Shown here piece by piece: positions 52,482 to 61,130 of a DNA stretch of 64,000 bases. Source of the stretch: a virus (Duplodnaviria; Caudoviricetes); IMG/VR virus record IMGVR_UViG_3300023174_003901, positions 136,247-200,246 of that record; one strand, written 5' to 3'. The notes under the pieces are model-generated. The model did no database searches and was not told where the DNA came from. It was given only the letters and a program-made list of their open reading frames with translations. How positions within the stretch are numbered: position 1 is the first letter of the stretch; each line of letters begins with the position of its first letter. The position numbers and the translations under genes are program-made.

Positions 52482-53564
52482 TTGCATGATATAACTTGTG
52501 TCAATGTAAGTGGTTTTGTAGATATCTGCTTTTCTATACAAAAGAAACTTCCATTCCGATTCGATGTAAGCATTGTGTTCCATGTCCATCCATATCAACA
52601 ACTCACCAAGTTCAATTGGTCTAGGATCAATTACATACAACACATGGTCCACGATTTCTTTAGGATTTCGGTATTCCTCGGTTGCAAAGCGTTCCAATCT
52701 TCCTGATCTTCCGCCAAAGCCTTGAATTTCATCAATGATGTGTTGGCCAGACTCAATTTCTACTATGTCCCAAGCGTCGAAGTAATTGTGTATTTGTTCG
52801 GGCCAGTTAGTGTATATTTTTATTTTTGGTTTTATTGGGTATTGACTCCGCCAGGCGGAATAACTATCCCAAATATTATAACTGTTAATATTACTAAAAT
52901 TATCAAACTTGTCTAATTTGTTTTCGATTGATAGAAAATAAATTTTATTTTTTATTAATTCAGTGATTAACATAACTTTTGCTGAATCGTGTGGCGGGTT
53001 GTTATCTAATTGTAGAACATTGTGCAACATCTCAGTGGATGTTATTTCTTTGGGATCAGATAGCATGGTGCTTGATTGCCCTAATTCAACTAACTCGAAG
53101 CCCAACACACTATTCCACGGATCACGTTTATGCATGCCAGTTGCCACAGACCTGCTACCACCATTTACCCATTTACTATAATTGCACAATGTAGGAAAAT
53201 TCCATACCGTGTCACTGGCCAGTCTACACATGTACATGATAAATGATGCACTTTGATATGAACCCCTATTCTCAAAAAAATGATCCGACCATTGACAAGA
53301 CTTGTATGCTGACAAATCAATGAGTTGTTGTACTAATTGATTTCGTACCTGCAAAAATCTGTCAATATAAACTTGTTTATGAAAATGTCCATAATACAAA
53401 ACTGCATATAAATTCAAAAAAGGAACAATGTCATCGGTTGCAGGTATGATTGTTTCTGCGGAGAACTCTATTTTACCTAATTGGAAATTATAAAAAGATT
53501 GCTTGCGTAAATCGGTTGCTGACATAAAATTATTTTCTACAAGTGATACGTCTCTTGAGATCAC
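52479..53564 (-). CDS. hypothetical protein (AT-rich)
   Basis: 361 aa, ATGA-coupled to the radical SAM gene. Confidence 0.6.
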   Translation of the reverse strand: MISRDVSLVENNFMSATDLRKQSFYNFQLGKIEFSAETIIPATDDIVPFLNLYAVLYYGHFHKQVYIDRFLQVRNQLVQQLIDLSAYKSCQWSDHFFENRGSYQSASFIMYMCRLASDTVWNFPTLCNYSKWVNGGSRSVATGMHKRDPWNSVLGFELVELGQSSTMLSDPKEITSTEMLHNVLQLDNNPPHDSAKVMLITELIKNKIYFLSIENKLDKFDNFSNINSYNIWDSYSAWRSQYPIKPKIKIYTNWPEQIHNYFDAWDIVEIESGQHIIDEIQGFGGRSGRLERFATEEYRNPKEIVDHVLYVIDPRPIELGELLIWMDMEHNAYIESEWKFLLYRKADIYKTTYIDTSYIMQ

Positions 53565-55126
53565 ATGGTTTCATGATTGAGTTCCAAAATGTAACTTCTT
53601 GCGGCCTCTAATTCAGGTATGTAATCTGCTAGTTTTGTGCCGCGAGCACGGTCCAACTGATCGTTGTATGCAAAAAAATCTTTGAGATCTTTGAGGTCAC
53701 AAACTGGATTATTGTTGTAATGATTGTAAATGCTGTCTATACCACTTTTGCAACTTTTACCATTGGAATGATACACAGATGTCTGCATGCATTTGAGCAT
53801 GGATTCAACTACTAGATCTTGACGAGGATGATTGAATGCTGACTGCCAAGCCAGGTAATTGATTTGTAGATAGATAGCAGTAAACGGGAATTCACGATCT
53901 AAAAATTCAAACAACAGATGCAAGTTGGTCACATTGTAAATACCCGGCACAGTGTTAATACTGACAGAATGACCAAGATTCTGTATCATGTGTGCATTTG
54001 CTATGACTCGGTCCCATTTGGATCCTGATCTCCAGTAGTCATTGACCTTGGCGTACCCATCAATGCTGAAACTAAAATTGGTGTTGGGAAAATGCGAAAC
54101 TGTTTCTAAAAATTCGTCAGAAAATTTTACTCCGTTGGTACACATGGTGAGATTGAAATCTGTCTGATTTTTCTTGATGCACTGTTTCATAAAGTCCAGA
54201 ACTTCTGGCATGATCGTGGGTTCGCCGCCTTGAAAATAAACAGTAGATTTGCTGTCTAAGTCGTCTATGCTGATTTGATCTAGAGTTGACGTGCTGGGAG
54301 TCCACATCATGGTACCGGGTGTGACAATATTGAATTTTTTTAATTCTTTACCAATGGGCTCACTGAACGCTGGTTGACAACCTCTACATTTGATGTTGCA
54401 ATGATTACCTGTGTGAATTTCGTAAAAATAAGGGTGTTGAATTTTCTCCAGATCTTCAACTGTTTCTAAATCCAATTGCACTGCCCAGTCCATGGTTTCA
54501 AATTGCCTGTAACTTTCAATGTCATGATCTTCATACTCATAACACACTTTGCAATGTTCTGGCAGTTTGTGACCTTGTAACATTGAATCGCGAATTTGGG
54601 TATAATTAGGATCAGACTTCCAGTCTTGAAATTGATCAATTTTGGTCACCGCAGTGTCAGCACGTGAACATAATCTAAGTTCTTTTCCGTCATTGAAGAA
54701 ATTAATCCATGGGTATATACAAAAACTTTTGTTTTCTTTGTACACCAAGTCGGACCAATATAAGATTTTTTTAATATTTTTATTGTTACGAAATACAGTA
54801 TCACACCCCATTTGTTCCAGTTTGACCATTAACTTAAATGTGGCCTGCATGCATTTCCAATGACTCCATTGAGCCTGCGGCTGATCTAACATGACAATCA
54901 AATCAAATTTTGATGCAAATGAAATTAAATCGCCCCAGGGAATGTCTACCACAGTGGTATGATAAAATCCTGGTTGGTCATGAACAACCTTAGATTCGAT
55001 TACTAGTCCATGATTGACAATGTCGTGTTCTGTTGCCAGAGTTGACACTTGATGATCTGTAGATTCATTGTTGTTGCCAAGGAATAGTACTCGAGCAGTT
55101 GAATCATTTAATTTTACATGATACAT
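53561..55126 (-). CDS. radical SAM protein with an N-terminal SPASM/twitch-like segment
   Basis: FCIYPW...C; C..CY..E; CNIKCRGC (CxxxCxxC); FQGGEPT; CTNG; SIDG. Confidence 0.88.
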   Translation of the reverse strand: MYHVKLNDSTARVLFLGNNNESTDHQVSTLATEHDIVNHGLVIESKVVHDQPGFYHTTVVDIPWGDLISFASKFDLIVMLDQPQAQWSHWKCMQATFKLMVKLEQMGCDTVFRNNKNIKKILYWSDLVYKENKSFCIYPWINFFNDGKELRLCSRADTAVTKIDQFQDWKSDPNYTQIRDSMLQGHKLPEHCKVCYEYEDHDIESYRQFETMDWAVQLDLETVEDLEKIQHPYFYEIHTGNHCNIKCRGCQPAFSEPIGKELKKFNIVTPGTMMWTPSTSTLDQISIDDLDSKSTVYFQGGEPTIMPEVLDFMKQCIKKNQTDFNLTMCTNGVKFSDEFLETVSHFPNTNFSFSIDGYAKVNDYWRSGSKWDRVIANAHMIQNLGHSVSINTVPGIYNVTNLHLLFEFLDREFPFTAIYLQINYLAWQSAFNHPRQDLVVESMLKCMQTSVYHSNGKSCKSGIDSIYNHYNNNPVCDLKDLKDFFAYNDQLDRARGTKLADYIPELEAARSYILELNHETM

Positions 55127-55128
55127 GT

Positions 55129-55347
55129 TTACTTGCGTCGGGTAATACGACCCTTGGTAAGATCGTAGGGTGAAAATTCCATTTCAACCCGATCTCCTAG
55201 CAACACCTTGATGTTGTTTTTGCGCATACGCCCACTCAAGTGTCCTAATACCTGAGCGTCTATGTTGTCTAACTTGACCCTAAACATGGTAGCCGGTAGT
55301 ACCTCTTCAACACGGCCTTCCATGTTTATAATATCTTCTTTTGCCAT
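55129..55347 (-). CDS. infA: translation initiation factor IF-1
   Basis: MAKEDII.MEG.V.EVLP...FRV.L...[28 protein letters not shown]; 72 aa. Confidence 0.95.
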   Translation of the reverse strand: MAKEDIINMEGRVEEVLPATMFRVKLDNIDAQVLGHLSGRMRKNNIKVLLGDRVEMEFSPYDLTKGRITRRK

Positions 55348-55354
55348 AAGCAAT

Positions 55355-55360
55355 TACTTA
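55355..55360 (-). promoter_or_regulatory. late-promoter-like TAAGTA
   Basis: 7 nt before ATG 55347; the TAA is the upstream stop. Confidence 0.45.
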
Positions 55361-55750
55361 TTGGAAATCCAGGGTAGCCGTGACCTTTTTGAGTCGTTCA
55401 AAACGGAAACTGCGCCACTCCTGCTTTTCCAAATCAAACACACGGATACTGTGCGGGTCGGGTTCTTTTTTGGGTTTCCGACTCTCACGCACAATGCCAT
55501 CCACTGGAGCGGTACTTGTGGTTGGTGCTACCGGTCGAACAGGGATTCTACTGTGATCCAGCGTACACAACATGTCACGGTCGGTACCATCTGCTTTGGT
55601 GAATGTCACAGTGGCTTCACTGTTTTGTAATAGGCCTCTAATCCATTCACGTATTTGTTCTTTGACCTGATCATCTGCTTCTTGATATTGAGTGCCAGGC
55701 TGGCTTCTGAGCAAGCGAACCACTTCATCTTTTTCCCACATACCACCCAT
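55358..55750 (-). CDS. WYL_2 / SH3-like beta-barrel protein
   Basis: Start revised (AAAGGAG SD); VTFTKADG..R...CTL...FDLEKQEWRSFR. Confidence 0.75.
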   Translation of the reverse strand: MGGMWEKDEVVRLLRSQPGTQYQEADDQVKEQIREWIRGLLQNSEATVTFTKADGTDRDMLCTLDHSRIPVRPVAPTTSTAPVDGIVRESRKPKKEPDPHSIRVFDLEKQEWRSFRFERLKKVTATLDFQ

Positions 55751-55788
55751 TTCAAAATCTCCTTTATAGGTTAATAAACGTTTTTTAA

Positions 55789-56181
55789 TCATCCACGACG
55801 CATTCTGGAAATTTCTACTGCTTCTTCGTCTGAGAACACAGGTACAGCATTTGATTTGTGCATGGTAGCAATACCTTTGACCTTGGTACCTGTGTATACT
55901 TTTGGCGGTGCCAAGGTGGCGTTGCCACCTGTGTCAACACTGGGAATATGATGCGTGGTCATACGGCCTTCTGGTGCGGACAATTTGTATACCAAGGGCT
56001 CGGCCTTCATAGCACGTTTGCGACGCTTTTCTTCTAACTCAAGGCCTTGGCGTTTGAGTAGTTCTTTCCAACTTGCATCGAGTTCACGGGCACGTTGTGC
56101 TTCTTCAGCATTACGAAATTTTACTTTGCCCTTCTTGCGACCGTTGAGGCTGAGACTGGGGTGATGTAAGTGCATGGTCAT
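55789..56181 (-). CDS. conserved-type basic hypothetical protein
   Basis: Start revised (GAGG SD); YTGTKVKGIATMHKSNAVPVF. Confidence 0.7.
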   Translation of the reverse strand: MTMHLHHPSLSLNGRKKGKVKFRNAEEAQRARELDASWKELLKRQGLELEEKRRKRAMKAEPLVYKLSAPEGRMTTHHIPSVDTGGNATLAPPKVYTGTKVKGIATMHKSNAVPVFSDEEAVEISRMRRG

Positions 56182-56183
56182 AA

Positions 56184-56399
56184 TTATTCCTCTCGTTGAA
56201 TACTGGCCCAAGCCAGCCACTGTTTAAATGCATTATATACTGATTGGGCTTCTTTGTCATCCGCAGGAATCTTTTCCCCACGCACCCAAAAACCATCAGG
56301 TGTTATTCTGAGCATTTCTTGACCGCCATGAGAGTGAAAAGCAATAGCATCGTCTTTTACTCCCACAGTACCATAGTCGGTGGGATCAGTATCAGTCAT
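56184..56399 (-). CDS. hypothetical protein
   Basis: Start revised to MTDTDP (ATGA overlap); 71 aa. Confidence 0.55.
   Translation of the reverse strand: MTDTDPTDYGTVGVKDDAIAFHSHGGQEMLRITPDGFWVRGEKIPADDKEAQSVYNAFKQWLAWASIQREE
56232..56260 (-). promoter_or_regulatory. sigma70-type promoter inside the upstream CDS
   Basis: ATGACA-N17-TATAAT. Confidence 0.45.
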
Positions 56400-56623
56400 T
56401 TGTATAGTAACTCCATGGTGTATTCTGTATCTCGCATGTGGGCAACAGGCTTGATCCATCCTTTGTTGATACAAGTTTGAAGTATCTGAAAATAGTTGTC
56501 GGGGCAATTGTTTGAAATCTCAATTCCTGCACGTGGTATCAGTGTTATACCGTCGGGGCTGAAATTAAAGTCAGTGTCTTTAGGCCTCAGCGTCCGGAAT
56601 GTGTGTGTAGAAGTCTCAAACAT
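56396..56623 (-). CDS. hypothetical protein
   Basis: 75 aa, directly behind a sigma70 promoter. Confidence 0.6.
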   Translation of the reverse strand: MFETSTHTFRTLRPKDTDFNFSPDGITLIPRAGIEISNNCPDNYFQILQTCINKGWIKPVAHMRDTEYTMELLYK

Positions 56624-56629
56624 GTCTAC

Positions 56630-56658
56630 ATTATAGCAGAAACATGATTCCTAGTCAA
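56630..56658 (-). promoter_or_regulatory. sigma70-type promoter
   Basis: TTGACT-N17-TATAAT. Confidence 0.72.
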
Positions 56659-56672
56659 GTAATACCAAAGTA

Positions 56673-57005
56673 CTAGAACTGATCGGGCCAGTCTCTAAAC
56701 AAGGCGTGTTGTATGTTGCCCGAAACAAACTGGTTGAAACTTTTGTGCTTGACTTCCAATTCGCCTTCCAGTGGAGCCACACGACGGAACGCTGAATCCA
56801 TTTGACCCATGTCCTTAAACTCCATGATGATCATCCATTCTGGCATGTCTGCTATGCTACGGAATCCCATCTTGCATCTGGTAATTCTGTACGTCTCCAT
56901 TTTACCTTCTGAGATTAGGTGATCAAAGAAACTCTTCATTCCGTTGACCCATTCCAAGTCAGTGATGTCACCTTGTTTATCTGCCCAGATTGTATACAAG
57001 TCCAT
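56673..57005 (-). CDS. hypothetical ferredoxin-like/dimeric alpha-beta barrel-like protein
   Basis: 110 aa, coupled to the ATE-like gene. Confidence 0.6.
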   Translation of the reverse strand: MDLYTIWADKQGDITDLEWVNGMKSFFDHLISEGKMETYRITRCKMGFRSIADMPEWMIIMEFKDMGQMDSAFRRVAPLEGELEVKHKSFNQFVSGNIQHALFRDWPDQF

Positions 57006-57433
57006 TATAGTCTTCCTAATTCTTCGTAACCATCAAAGCGAGTCTTGTATTCAGACGCTTGACCTAGATACAAATATTCATAACCCAGTTGTTTGTAGTA
57101 GGCACATTCATGTTCAAGACTGCGTCTGCCCAGTTCCAGTTCTGGTTCATGATAGTTCCAGGCAAACTGTAGACTTTCTGCATTGCAACTGTCCCAGCGT
57201 CGACACAGGCTCCAGGCCACGATATCTGTGCCATTCCGATACACATGTGTGTCGTTGTGTGAGTCTTGAAACTGTTGCAAGAACAAAGGCATCACGCTCT
57301 CAAACTGTTTGTGGGCACAGTAATCACGATAGATCTGTTCATATGGTGCCAGGCCGCTGGCCCAGGTAAATCGTTCAGCACCGGGATAATAACTGTAGTT
57401 GGTTTTTGACAGATTGATTCTGCAAAATTTCAT
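57005..57433 (-). CDS. GNAT-fold protein resembling the C-terminus of arginyl/leucyl-tRNA-protein transferase (ATE/Bpt)
   Basis: VAWS...AES.QFAWNY..PELELG..SL.HECAYYKQLGYEYLYLG...YK..F. Confidence 0.6.
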   Translation of the reverse strand: MKFCRINLSKTNYSYYPGAERFTWASGLAPYEQIYRDYCAHKQFESVMPLFLQQFQDSHNDTHVYRNGTDIVAWSLCRRWDSCNAESLQFAWNYHEPELELGRRSLEHECAYYKQLGYEYLYLGQASEYKTRFDGYEELGRL

Positions 57434-57927
57434 TGACTTCGCCATGTTACCACCTGATCCAGTTCAGCCTGATTCCAGGTATTGTAGTAGCCTTTTGATT
57501 TGAGTTGTTCACTTGCTGTTGTTAGTTTGTCTAGTCGTTGAATTACCAATAGCCCACAATGACCAAAGTTCATGTGAACACCATTGACCAATTCCACAGC
57601 ATCCGGATGATCCTCAAGGATCACATAGTTTCTTGCCATCAGCACCTGCTGGTTGTATACTTTAATTAGTTTTTCTAGATCCAGGGCAGAAATTTTGGTA
57701 TGATCAAAACAAATGACCACAACTTCTTTGTATTCTAACTCGGGTAACTGTTGTTCAACTGTGGCCATCAATCTTTGGTGGCCACTATGCACAATCTTGA
57801 TTTGATTAGTAATTCTGGCCTGTCTAGCATAAGGGCATGGTGCCCACTGACCCAAGCCAGGGTGAGGCTGTTCAACAAAGTTAACCATCCAGTCAGTTAA
57901 CTTTTGTTCAATTTCTTCAGGGGTCAT
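57430..57927 (-). CDS. DUF1415-like protein
   Basis: W..NFVE......L....PCPYA; DHP; LLVIQR. Confidence 0.55.
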   Translation of the reverse strand: MTPEEIEQKLTDWMVNFVEQPHPGLGQWAPCPYARQARITNQIKIVHSGHQRLMATVEQQLPELEYKEVVVICFDHTKISALDLEKLIKVYNQQVLMARNYVILEDHPDAVELVNGVHMNFGHCGLLVIQRLDKLTTASEQLKSKGYYNTWNQAELDQVVTWRSQ

Positions 57928-58242
57928 TTACTTAAACAGGATCAGGGCCATGAATCCTGCTTGCAGTATAAATCCAAACCCAATTGTGATGATGTTCAAC
58001 ATGTCCCGGAGCACCACTGCCCGTAGGAACAGCAGGATCAGGCCACTCCACAAGAAAAAGATCATGTCCAGACCCGGAGTTTTATCGCTCAGTCCGGTCA
58101 TCAAGGCCAAGAAACTGGGCAGGGTTGCACAATGCAACACTATGACCGACAACCAGCCCAGAGTGTCTGCTGAAAGAGTTGCCAGGCTGTTGGTAATGTA
58201 GTCACGAATGGCAATGATTGTGACAGGCAGATTGAAAGGCAT
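57928..58242 (-). CDS. multi-pass membrane protein
   Basis: About 3 hydrophobic helices. Confidence 0.65.
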   Translation of the reverse strand: MPFNLPVTIIAIRDYITNSLATLSADTLGWLSVIVLHCATLPSFLALMTGLSDKTPGLDMIFFLWSGLILLFLRAVVLRDMLNIITIGFGFILQAGFMALILFK

Positions 58243-58817
58243 TAGCGTTCTCCGTAAAAGATGTGACGACCAATTTTATCAATTTTGGGCAGTTTCCAGC
58301 CCGGGCTGACATAATCTGCATGATAATAAAGTGCGCCTTTTAAGCCGGGCAGTCTAAAGTTTTCTAATAGAACTTTTTTGGCCACCAATTCAGATTCTGC
58401 CCACAAGGGCGGGTGTACTGGTCGAGTTTTGTGTGTGGTTTCACACACCCAACTGAACTGGCAAATTACTCGTTCATAGAATACGTTTTTTTGATAGATC
58501 ACACCGCAAACTGAATCACCAAATTTTCCGTGGGCCACACGGTTCATTGTGACTTGGGCCACTGCTACTTTGCCTTCAAAAGGCTCCGAGGCTGCTTCCC
58601 AGTAGATGTTGCGAGTCAAGCATTCCAGTTGCTTGATTTTTTCTGTAGTGCTGACATAGCCCGCTGGCATGGCTTCAACACCTGCGCGGAGTTCGCTGAG
58701 TTTGTGATTGCATACAGCGATCACCGCAAGGGCAATGATCCAAAGTCCTGCGACTCGGAACGCCCTTGAACTCCAGATTGCGATTTGATCGCTGATGTGG
58801 TTTACTTGTGCTTTCAT
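58242..58817 (-). CDS. SleB-like cell wall hydrolase (Hydrolase_2)
   Basis: CLTRNIYWEA..EPFEGKVAVAQVTMNRV; CGVIYQ; QFSW; ALYYHADYVSPGW; IGRHIFY. Confidence 0.9.
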   Translation of the reverse strand: MKAQVNHISDQIAIWSSRAFRVAGLWIIALAVIAVCNHKLSELRAGVEAMPAGYVSTTEKIKQLECLTRNIYWEAASEPFEGKVAVAQVTMNRVAHGKFGDSVCGVIYQKNVFYERVICQFSWVCETTHKTRPVHPPLWAESELVAKKVLLENFRLPGLKGALYYHADYVSPGWKLPKIDKIGRHIFYGER

Positions 58818-58825
58818 GGTAGTTT

Positions 58826-58831
58826 TACTTA
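58826..58831 (-). promoter_or_regulatory. late-promoter-like TAAGTA
   Basis: 8 nt before ATG 58817. Confidence 0.45.
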
Positions 58832-58876
58832 CTCAATGGGTTGCAGAACCGGGCTCAGACCGGGCAAAAATGGTAC

Positions 58877-58894
58877 CGTTTTGGTGTAAACGGC
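58877..58894 (-). terminator. possible weak terminator downstream of nadE
   Basis: CCGTTT/AAACGG stem with a U-run a few nt downstream. Confidence 0.3.
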
Positions 58895-58899
58895 GTAGT

Positions 58900-59676
58900 T
58901 TACTCAGATATTTTGCACACAGGAATTGGTTCCATCTTGTGCAGATTTCTGGCGCGAATTGCTCGATACTTTTTAAGATTTGCTTTTTCTGTACTGGTTA
59001 CAGACTGGTCTCCGGACTCGTCCAGCCACATAGTTCGTTCCAGTTCAGGATAGGTCATGCCCAGTTGTCCTTCGTCTGTGCGGTCATCATCCCAGAGTCC
59101 GTCAGTGGGTTCTGCGTCAATGATTTCTTGTGGCAAACCAAATTCACTGCCCATAGCCCAAACGTCTGTTTTCATGCAGTCGCCAATGGGGCTGATGTCC
59201 ACGCCACCGTCACCGTACTTGGTAAAGAAGCCCACACCAAAATCCTCTACCCGGTTGCCTGTGCCTACCACAATTCCACCATAACTTTGCGCAATTTGAT
59301 ATAGAGTCATCATGCGCAATCTAGCACGGCTGTTGGCAAATGCTAGGGTTATGTCCGTGCTGTCTCGGCAAATGGGTTCAAGTTTCTTTTCAAATGATGT
59401 GAACACTGGGGTTAGATCCATGCTCACATGGGTGACGTTTTTGTAACGTTCCAGCAACCAGTTGGCCTGCATACTGCTACGATTATCTAGTTTCCGATTT
59501 TGACGGATTGGCATTTGAACCACAATGGTCTTGAGTCCTGTTTCGGCACACAGAGTGGATACCACACTGGAGTCAATGCCGCCGGAAATTCCCACCACCA
59601 AAGTGTCAATTTTGGCACTCCGGGCGTAGGCTTTGATCCACTTGGTGATGTGTTTGATTCTTTGTCGGGGTGTCAT
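58900..59676 (-). CDS. nadE: NH3-dependent NAD+ synthetase
   Basis: VVGISGGIDSS; N.RARLRM..LY; GTGN..E; GFFTKYGDG; PTDGL. Confidence 0.93.
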   Translation of the reverse strand: MTPRQRIKHITKWIKAYARSAKIDTLVVGISGGIDSSVVSTLCAETGLKTIVVQMPIRQNRKLDNRSSMQANWLLERYKNVTHVSMDLTPVFTSFEKKLEPICRDSTDITLAFANSRARLRMMTLYQIAQSYGGIVVGTGNRVEDFGVGFFTKYGDGGVDISPIGDCMKTDVWAMGSEFGLPQEIIDAEPTDGLWDDDRTDEGQLGMTYPELERTMWLDESGDQSVTSTEKANLKKYRAIRARNLHKMEPIPVCKISE

Positions 59677-60206
59677 TTGATCTCCGGTTTAGGCATGGCC
59701 TTTAGTTTGTTCCACATATCTGATTTTTCCTTGCATTTTTTCTCTAACTTACGATATCTCTCACCTAACTTACGCAATTGGTCCCACTCCTTTTCCATTT
59801 CAGGATTGGGAGCGAGTATGTTCAATCGTTCTTCAACCTTCTCCATCCAGGTCTTGAGACTCTTTTCATTGATCAAGAGATCAGCGTTTTCACCTTTGAT
59901 GTGAACTGTGTTGTTGGGCTGAATGTTTTGATTGGCAAAAGTATATCCGCCAGTATTGTTAGTAGTTGTAGTCCAAACAGTTGGGCTGATATTACTACCA
60001 CCACCAATGGACACATTGGGTATAGCACCGTATGAAGGGTGACTTGTACCACTACTGTAGGTTGTGAGAGGGTCAATGCCATTAATTGTTAACTGCTCGA
60101 TAGGATTTGCTTCCCACTTCCAGTCTAGTGCTTTGTAGTCTTCTACTTCTACTCTTGAGTTGAGTTGGGCGAGGTATTCGTCGAGGCTGATTTGGTCATT
60201 AGCCAT
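59673..60206 (-). CDS. hypothetical protein
   Basis: Start revised to MANDQ (AAGGA SD). Confidence 0.6.
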   Translation of the reverse strand: MANDQISLDEYLAQLNSRVEVEDYKALDWKWEANPIEQLTINGIDPLTTYSSGTSHPSYGAIPNVSIGGGSNISPTVWTTTTNNTGGYTFANQNIQPNNTVHIKGENADLLINEKSLKTWMEKVEERLNILAPNPEMEKEWDQLRKLGERYRKLEKKCKEKSDMWNKLKAMPKPEIK

Positions 60207-60340
60207 GTGCCGTCCTTGTTGTCTTTCCATTCAATTGTGTCGCCCACTTGCCAACCAAGTTGGGCACACACTTCTGTACCAAGGTCCAGGAGTAGTTCTC
60301 CAGGATTGTCTGGGTCTTCAACCACTTGAACCATTGGCAT
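60149..60340 (-). CDS. AbrB/MazE-like small DNA-binding protein
   Basis: ELLLDL...V..QLGWQVGDTIEW. Confidence 0.6.
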   Translation of the reverse strand: MPMVQVVEDPDNPGELLLDLGTEVCAQLGWQVGDTIEWKDNKDGTWLMTKSASTNTSPNSTQE

Positions 60341-60525
60341 TACTTGGCTGCCAGGGCTTCTTTTTCAGCAGTGATTTCTTTGCGGCGCTCTTTGATACCC
60401 TTGGTCATTTCTTGCAGGGCCTTGCGAGCACGAGCGGCAGCGGCCTTGACACCTTTGGTAGTGAATTTTTCGTTTTCGGCAATGTAGTTTTCGTAAGCGG
60501 CTACGATTTGTTCATGATTGGTCAT
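60340..60525 (-). CDS. histone H1-like (Hc1-type) basic protein
   Basis: ENEKFTTKGVKAAAARARKALQEM......RKEI. Confidence 0.7.
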   Translation of the reverse strand: MTNHEQIVAAYENYIAENEKFTTKGVKAAAARARKALQEMTKGIKERRKEITAEKEALAAK

Positions 60526-60742
60526 TTGATTTCTCCTTGATTATGACAATATCTACTTGAGGTAGATCTTCTAAGTTGGCAATTGATTCGTATGATCGAT
60601 TGCCCAGTGCAACCACTCGAACTGAGCGATTGCCTATCCATTCCGCCAACAGTTGATCCTGTTGCCAAACTGAGTCTGAATCGGCACTGCCTGCGGACAC
60701 AAGGGCCTGGTGCCAAGTAACAACAATTGGTGTAGTAGACAT
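60512..60742 (-). CDS. hypothetical protein
   Basis: 76 aa, directly behind a sigma70 promoter. Confidence 0.55.
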   Translation of the reverse strand: MSTTPIVVTWHQALVSAGSADSDSVWQQDQLLAEWIGNRSVRVVALGNRSYESIANLEDLPQVDIVIIKEKSNDQS

Positions 60743-60748
60743 AGTGCT

Positions 60749-60777
60749 ATTATATACGCCTGCACACGGTCTGTCAA
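60749..60777 (-). promoter_or_regulatory. sigma70-type promoter (consensus)
   Basis: TTGACA-N17-TATAAT. Confidence 0.8.
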
Positions 60778-60779
60778 GA

Positions 60780-61025
60780 TTATTCTATGAAAATATGGCG
60801 ACGTTGCCAGGTATCCCAGATGGTTATTTGATCCCAGTTGCCACGCCAACTGACCTGGAACAGGCTGAGGCTACGTTGGTCAAACAATCTCATACGTCCA
60901 CCAGCAATGGATGCTGAGGCAGTGGGATTTCGTTTTTGCCAGTCCTTGAGTCTTTGTTCGCCTTGTGATTCGTGGAGTACCACGATGTAGAGAGCCTCGC
61001 TCTCGGTCTTGTTATATTTTGCCAT
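60780..61025 (-). CDS. hypothetical protein
   Basis: 81 aa in a co-directional array. Confidence 0.55.
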   Translation of the reverse strand: MAKYNKTESEALYIVVLHESQGEQRLKDWQKRNPTASASIAGGRMRLFDQRSLSLFQVSWRGNWDQITIWDTWQRRHIFIE

Positions 61026-61084
61026 CGAGTTGGGTCGCAGTTAGTGGACCCGATATTATTTACACCAATTCAATCTTTTTGTTC

Positions 61085-61111
61085 AAAAAGAAACGGCCAC
61101 TTAGGGCCGTT
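61085..61111 (-). terminator. intrinsic terminator
   Basis: AACGGCC/GGCCGTT stem, 6-nt loop, followed by TCTTTTT on the minus strand, 20 nt after a stop. Confidence 0.75.
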
Positions 61112-61130
61112 GCTTTGGGAAGTCATCCGC

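Noticed and set aside
52471-52573. Longer ORF-track starts (e.g. SOD 52573, clpA 18309, NTase 14376, 25468, 55792, 57445)
   Set aside because: Extensions overlap upstream genes or promoters; downstream ATGs fit SD, late-box or ATGA coupling better
58845-58866. Short direct repeat ccgggc x2 downstream of nadE as a regulatory array
   Set aside because: Only two 6-7 bp copies; expected by chance
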